A stretch of 52,807 nucleotides of DNA, the filler included, from Dimargaris cristalligena (lineage: Eukaryota): the NCBI GenBank assembly GCA_003614675.1. It is 2 parts of 2 records of this genome, joined end to end, with 100 filler letters (N's around TTAATTAATTAA, not from the genome) between each part and the next. Parts side by side here need not be neighbours in the genome. Positions count along the whole stretch, not along the records: positions 26,486 to 52,807 come from ML002543.1; 1 more part is not named here. One strand, written 5' to 3'. This document shows positions 46,153 to 52,807 of this stretch, piece after piece. A model generated the notes under the pieces. The model was not told the DNA's origin, ran no database searches, and was given only the letters and a program-made list of their open reading frames with translations. The stretch's first letter is position 1. Each line of letters opens with the position of its first letter. Position numbers and translations under genes: made by a program.

Positions 46153-48259
46153 ATGGCTCTGGTTCGCCAATGCACAGCTTGGTTTCTCCCCAATCGGTGC
46201 CCACCCTACCTTGCCGTTGGTAGTCGCTTATACCGCACCAGTGGCTCTTCCGCCCACGGCCCCCAACTCGGTGGCGTGTCAGCGGCTGAGCCGGAACCAC
46301 TACCACCATCATCCTTATTAAACACCGAAGCTAACGCATCGGCAACAAGCGCACCACCGGGTGTCCCGGCCCCTAAATATTCCCCCAGCGGTCGGCCCAA
46401 GATCATCTTTAATAACCGTAGTCCCAGCTTCGATGAGTTTATCCAGAGCGCCCGCGCATCCCAACTAGAGGGCCTGTCCGGGTCGGTCCCCGATGGATCA
46501 ACTGCCAAGGCCAATGTCCCCTCCTATCTGTTTCCCGCTCTCCATGCGGCCGCACAGCCTCGCCAGTCATTGGGTCAAGGCCGCAAGTATTTTATCGAAG
46601 TGTACGGTTGCCAAATGAACGTCAATGATACGGAGGTACTCATGGCCATTTTGAATGAGGCGGGTTACGCACGCACGCACACCGTGGAGGAAGCCAGTGT
46701 GATTTTCTTGATGACCTGCTCGATCCGCGAAAACGCCGAAAAAAAGATTTGGCGTCGGTTAAAACATTACAAATCCCTGGGCGAAAGTAATCAAAGTCGT
46801 ACTGCTCCGCTCGTGGGTGTTTTAGGGGTAAGCTTAGGCATAGTGATTTTTAGCCAGTACTGAGAATCGGTATTATTATTAGGGCTACTCGATGTTGCTG
46901 GCCCATAGAATACTGGGCTGCCTATTTATTGATATTTATTATTGTTATTTCGTTCAATTCCCCCAACCCGTCTCCCCCTAGTGTATGGCCGAACGCCTCA
47001 AGGATAAACTGCTGGATACTGACAAACTAGTGGATGTAGTCTGCGGACCGGATGCCTATCGGTCCCTACCCCATCTGCTCAGTGTGGCCGAAGAGTCCAT
47101 GTCGGGTGTGGCCAACGTGCTCTTGTCAGCTGACGAAACCTATGCCGATATTACGCCCGTTCGTTTGCACCCGAACCAAGTCAGCGTACACCTGTCGATT
47201 ATGCGTGGCTGTAATAACATGTGCAGCTTCTGTATCGTCCCCTTTACCCGCGGTAACGAACGCAGTCGACCTATTGATTCAATTGTCCAGGAAGTGGAGA
47301 AACTTAACCAACAGGGGATCAGGGAGATTATGCTCCTGGGGCAGAATGTGAACTCCTACCGGGATGAATCCGAATACCGGAGTTACTCCGGTGTGGAGAC
47401 TTCCCCGCCTCCTCAGTCCACCGACCCAAGTCAGCCCACTATCATGAGCCGGGGTTTTAAAACCATCTATAAGACCAAATACGGTGGCCGGCGGTTTGCG
47501 GATCTCATGGATGCCGTGGCCCAGGTCAACCCAGAGATCCGAATTCGGTTTACCTCCCCTCACCCCAAGGACTTCCCCGACGAACTCCTGCACCTTATCC
47601 GGGACCGGCCCAACCTATGCAGCAACCTCCACCTACCTGTGCAGTCCGGCAGCAACACGGTCCTGGAGCGGATGCGCCGTGGGTATACCCGCGAAGCCTA
47701 CCTGGACCTTGTGAAACTGGCCCGGGAAACGATCCCCGGGGTCACCCTGAGCACCGACATGATTGTTGGCTTTTGCGGGGAAACTGAGGCCGAATTCCGT
47801 GACACGGCCGACCTGATGCACCAAGTCCAATACGACATGGCCTACATGTTCGCCTACAGCATGCGTGAGAAAACCCATGCCCATCGCCGTTACACGGATG
47901 ATGTACCGGAGGCTGACAAGGCCCGCCGTTTGACTGAAATTATCGACATTTTCCACCAGCACGCCCGCACGCGTAACCAGGCCTTGCTCCATCAACCGCA
48001 GTTGGTGCTGGTCGATGGATACAGTAAGAAACACGACTGTTGGTCAGGTCGCACCGATGGAAATCATAAAGTATTTATCCAAAGTGTGGGCGCTCCCGCC
48101 CCGACTGAGCCCCTGGCCGCCCCCATCACCAGCAGCGTCCCGTGGGATTTGGCGGTGGGGAACTATGTTAAGTTCATACCCACCGATTCTACATCCACTT
48201 CCTTGCGTGGTTATGCTGTGGTTCCGACCACCATGGCGGACTACTATCACACTCACTGA
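46153..48259 (+). CDS. CDK5RAP1: Mitochondrial tRNA methylthiotransferase CDK5RAP1/MiaB; join(46153..46827,46982..48259)
   Basis: YGCQMNVNDTE, TCSIRENAE, spliced GVLG/CMAERLK, radical-SAM CNNMCSFC, RIRFTSPHPKDF, C-terminal TRAM-like region; N-terminus resembles a mitochondrial presequence. Confidence 0.94.
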
Positions 48260-49261
48260 GGTGTTATTGCGTGTGTCTCCTCATGAATAGAATACATAAA
48301 TATGTATGGAAGAGGTTTAGTCCAGCAATATATTGAATAATACATTTGGCGAGATCGGTATTGCCAGTTAAATATGAACATCCCAGCCTAGTTAACTACG
48401 CACGTGCCATTTAAAATCTACAACGGCTGGGTTTAATTCTACCTATTTATATTATACCTATATGGCGATTTTGTAATTTAAAGACCTCGTAACAGACGGA
48501 CTTATTATTTCTTGGTATCCTGCTGAGTGAAACCTTATCCATGCCTCTGGTTCAATAATATATAATCAGACACAGTTGAAGCTTGTAAAAAAAATTAACA
48601 TGCCATCATGGCACACAAGGGCTTGGAAAGGTATTATTGGCGAAAGCGGACCATAGCGATACAGATGATTCGCTGGTGACCCTGATATTAACCAGCCCAT
48701 TAAACCCCCACAAACGACAGGAAACACATATAGTGCTTTTATTCACTGAAAAGCTCCATATGTGCGAAATTCATTGCACCTGTATAAGGCATTGGTTGAA
48801 ATGTAAAAGGTAAAAAAGACGGAAAAGCTATTTATAACCAGTGTAATCTAGCGCATCAAACGTAATTTTCGCTTTACAGCAGGGGGGCCAAACCTCTCCC
48901 GCGTGCACTATTTTCCTTGTAAGGGTAGGCATGTACCACAATCGTGCAAAATTACCCTCGCACCTGTTCTTCCGTCCATCTAGAATTCCAATAGCCGCCT
49001 CCCTAGCATGTCGGCTGGGCTGTCCTTGAGTACATTAGGTGTGAAATGAGCTCTCCATTCAATAAGATTTATTCGCTAATGCCATTTGCGCAGCCGCTAT
49101 TTTGGTACGCCCCCAATGAATGATGGAGAGCACCCCTCCCCCCACCTCCTCTGTCCCTGCTTTATATCCACTCCTTTTCCCAGCGGATATGCCCACTGAG
49201 ACGTCTATAGTTATTTTAATTATAGGTTTATTACGAAGGGTTTAATCAACGCCGACCCGCT

Positions 49262-49269
49262 TATATAAA
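49262..49269 (+). promoter_or_regulatory. Candidate TATA box of the 49373 gene
   Basis: TATATAAA ~110 nt upstream of the ATG. Confidence 0.4.
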
Positions 49270-49372
49270 CCCCGCCCAGCGATAAGTCTTTTCCCACTGT
49301 TTTTATTATGTAACCATTTCCTACTCATTGTATTCTGACTTTTATTACACCGCTTGGCATACAAACGTAAAT

Positions 49373-51264
49373 ATGCTGTCCCGGTTTCCTGTCATGGTCA
49401 GCCTGGGTTATCTAGCCCTACTTGCCCCTTTGGCCCAGTCCAATAACGTGTTTAACCTTGTGGCCAAACTGCCCTACGAAGTAGCTTTGAAAGTCATTTG
49501 CGATTTGCCTTATGAATATCTAGTTCAGATTAGCGACAGCGATATCGACAGGCATAGTGATGACCAGAGATGGGGTAGGGAAGCTCGGAGATGTTTATAC
49601 GACAGTAATCAACAGGTAAGTATAATAGTTTTCCAATTTAGCGCCATTTAGTCCCGCCGTTATAAGCCATTCTAGGGCCTATTGTGCGCGACTGATGGCC
49701 ACCCGCGGATTTATTCCACATTTGAATTTGGAATAGGGCTTATATAATGCACCTCCCCCCACTATCATTATATCCCACCCTTACTAATTTTCTCGGTTGG
49801 CTTATTTCATTCACAATCACACTACAATGTCACCTCTGCTAGGCTATTGCGGCATTCGTCCGAGACCCCGACAGCTACATCAACTCAGGTACTGACGATA
49901 ATGAGGCCTACCGTAAGTTCCTGGCCTTCCGTCCCTTGCTGGACAATTTTATCCGTCCGTTTTTCATTGACCACATGGTTCATTGGGACCTGCACAATAT
50001 TGGAATATCGCCCATGGGGGAGCATTATGCCAACTCGGAACATCACCAGCACGGTGAGTTTGCGCCCACCACCGTAGAAGCCAATGGGGATATTAATCCG
50101 GGCTCCCGATCAGAAATAGGGACAGAGCCGGACTCCGCCTGGTTGGAAAAATCCAAGGTATCCCTGTCGACGATGGGCCGCATCCGGGAGTTTCAAAAGG
50201 AGCTCCAACTGGCCCATATTCGGCGCCAGGTCCGTCCCCTTAGTACGCTCGAAGATCGCGAGTTGATGGTGTTCGTTCCACTCGTGGTCCTCGCCAAACA
50301 AGGAAAAGTCGATTGGCTTTGCCAGATGTACAACTACATGAACAGTCCTGGTTACCGGAAGGGCCTGGCCCGGTATTTGCCCACGGCCTTTCCCCAGTCG
50401 TATCTTGATATCGCCGCTTATCTTCGGATATACGCTAAGGGTCGAATGAATCCCAGCTGGGATCCGGAGCAACAGGTGGACATGGACATAGCCCTAGATG
50501 GCTTTCTCCAGGACCAGTTTCCTATTCAACTTATGAAGGCCGTTACCCAGTCCATCAGTATCGTATTGGTCAGCGCCCATAATCTCGAGGGATTAACCCA
50601 GTACTTCGACCATATTACTAAGCCGCAAGCCCGTCGCATAGGTATTGATCACTTAGTCCTCGCCATGGCCGCCCAACTCCAATCCCAGGCACTGATTGAC
50701 TTCGCCCAACCGCGCGTGCCTGCACGCTACTTGGAATCGATGATCAGATGCTCGGCATTATACGGCTGGTACACGGGGGCCCGCATCCTCCTAGACATCC
50801 ATCTGCGAGGACCCGCCCAGTCGAGGTTTAAAAGGTGCCAAACTCTGTTGCCGTATTGGAATCCCGTGTTTATCGACGCCAATGGTAAACTGATGTTCCG
50901 CTTCTACCGGGAATTAATTCCGGGGGTCTGGGAAACCCACCGACTAGGCCTGGCCCCCCCACTGCCCCCGAAGGACAGAGTGCGGGATGATGATACGACG
51001 CTCCCCTACCCCGTGTTCCGCCTCGTCCATCCCAAATCGCTCGTCCCCAAATCGGCTCACTTGGGGTTGGATCCGACGGTCGGTAAAAAAAGCGAAAGTC
51101 AGGTACGGCAGCCAATCCCTGCCTCACCATCGGATACGCTCACTCAGGCTAACTTGAAAATGGGGAGTGGAGTGGACCTGACCCAGAAACCATCCAACCG
51201 ACGTTTCTCATGGATCACTAACAAAACGGCTCGCCTCCGCAAACTTTTAAATAGAACAAACTAA
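49373..51264 (+). CDS. Putative secreted protein with N-terminal F-box-like motif; join(49373..49615,49843..51264), 554 aa
   Basis: A phase-0 intron (CAG/GTAAGT...CTAG) joins the two track ORFs in frame. Signal peptide MLSRFPVMVSLGYLALLAPLAQS, then FNLVAKLPYEVALKVICDLPYEYLVQIS...QRWGREARRCLY. Confidence 0.75.
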
Positions 51265-52029
51265 TCTAGTACCAGTACCCAGGACCCAAGGGGATTCGGC
51301 GTGGTCCCTCCGGGTGGGGAAAAGTCGCACCTGGGCGGGGTAATTGGCCCACAACATCGATCTGTAAGGGATGCTGGTCGGAAAGATGGGGAAGATGGTC
51401 ATGTCTATCTCTTTTGGAGGGGCCTAGCAGCTCCGGGAAGAGCGAAGTACTATAGTTTAAATAGCAGCCATATATTAAAGGCAGAATAATTTCAATAAAC
51501 TTATAGTACTGAATCAATAATTGCGTGCTCAAGAAATTATGGCTACTTTCAACTTCACTTTTATTGGGTCTTTCTCTGAACTATAATCGGACAATTACTC
51601 TAAAAATGTATATTCGAGAACAGAACAGGTATAAACAACTTGAGGCTACTCAGGACTTGTAACTATTATCGGAGCTGATTGGTGTGCTCAGATTCGGGCT
51701 TTGACTAGAGATTGCATTCTGTATCATACTCGGGGTTATAAATCCCGTTTTAGGGAACAAATTTGAGGGGTTTAAATACACTGGATTGTAATACTAGGAT
51801 GGATAACTCCAGAAGCGCCCGCCTGTTCCTTCATCATCGACATCCTCTGTATTTGGCCCATATTGTATTTCGGAGGTTTGGTTTTCCACCCACAGTTTCA
51901 GAGATAGCGTCAGATTCCTTCGTTTTACCTTTAGGTAGTGTCTATGTTGCGATAATGTAGATAGCTTCGGAAATAATTGTAGATGATAAAATCCACAATA
52001 CTTCACCTTTCCCCAACACTGTACTATGT

Positions 52030-52620
52030 AATGCTACTTCTACCTCCGCAGCCGGCACTAGCCTTAACAGTAATGAGGAGGTGGCACCCATACCTGAAGA
52101 AAATACAGTTGAAAGCCCAGATAACCAGGAGTCCTGCTATGTATATACTCTAGATTCCAATGAACAATGTCCCATCCACAAGTACTATTGTAACTAGCAC
52201 ACACTGATGATCTCCCTACCACTAGCATTGATAGTGACCAAGTTATAGAATCTAATCCAACTATATAGAATGTGTTTGGCCAGTGTGCTCCACACATTTA
52301 GCTTTCTAGCATCCCTAGCACTACTACCTTCATTTGCTTATTATATAATTTGCTTAATATATCCAGTTAATAAAATCTGGCCATATCCATTCACTATTCT
52401 AATAGTAGTTGTTGGACCATCTAATCTGACTTAATCCAGATATAATAATGTCTACCTCCATTAGGCCTTATAGTGCCATATTAACCTTCCCATGGCCACT
52501 CCTAGTATTTTAGGATTACCCTATATTATATAACTATTCCCCTCCCAGATTCCATGCTACATTTGTACTACCCGGGGCATCCGGCCTATTGCCAGCGGCC
52601 TTCGGAATTTGCATAGAGGC
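52030..52620 (+). pseudogene. Heavily C->T/G->A mutated gene or transposon relic of unknown identity
   Basis: The frame from 52030 reads protein-like (EEVAPIPEENTVESPDNQESCYVY...) with six internal stops, all TAG/TAA. No CpG in 52055-52572. Confidence 0.4.
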
Positions 52621-52807
52621 AACAGCCTCTTTATCAACCCAGCCAGAAGTTGCAGCGGCCAGCTCCCTGGTGGTAGAAGACGGGAGGTTCGCGGAGTTGG
52701 GTGTCGTCATGGCGGGATAATGGAGGGATGGGTAATCAATGGAACAAAATGGAGAACGGGGGATATAAACGAGGTATAAGGTTTATTGGGATATAAAAAA
52801 CGGTGGT

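Noticed and set aside
52534-52710. Minus-strand 58-codon ORF MTTPNSANLP... with a pyrimidine-rich leader
   Set aside because: It runs into the mutated tract and is the exact antisense frame of the + relic; I cannot tell which strand was ancestral.

Overview
Eukaryotic, intron-containing fungal DNA. An early-diverging lineage is inferred from the retained CDK5RAP1/MiaB, the TCTEX1D2-like light chain and the dispersed 5S gene. The gene mix resembles a zoopagomycotan mycoparasite such as Dimargaris, but I cannot prove this. The window is two contigs joined by an artificial 100-nt spacer (N44-TTAATTAATTAA-N44, 26386-26485). Left contig: probable LTR end abutting a 5S rRNA gene, isochorismatase, Air1/2-type zinc-knuckle protein, RPS5, a 5-exon Tctex-domain dynein light chain, Kch1-type K+ transporter, UreF, a 4-exon tubulin cofactor A, an M36 fungalysin and a small secreted peptide. 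Right contig: truncated DUF726 hydrolase, a 7-TM GPCR, CBP80, STT3, CDK5RAP1/MiaB, a secreted protein with an N-terminal F-box-like motif, and a CpG-free gene relic. The light chain and cofactor A were assembled by hand because the ORF track shows at most exon fragments. Best leads: (1) a signal peptide + F-box protein, a candidate host-SCF-hijacking effector, with a possible short relative; (2) a Ty3-like LTR end 5 bp upstream of 5S; (3) sharply bounded CpG-free, TpA-rich tracts suggesting repeat-directed C->T hypermutation; (4) a cilium-type TCTEX1D2-like gene.
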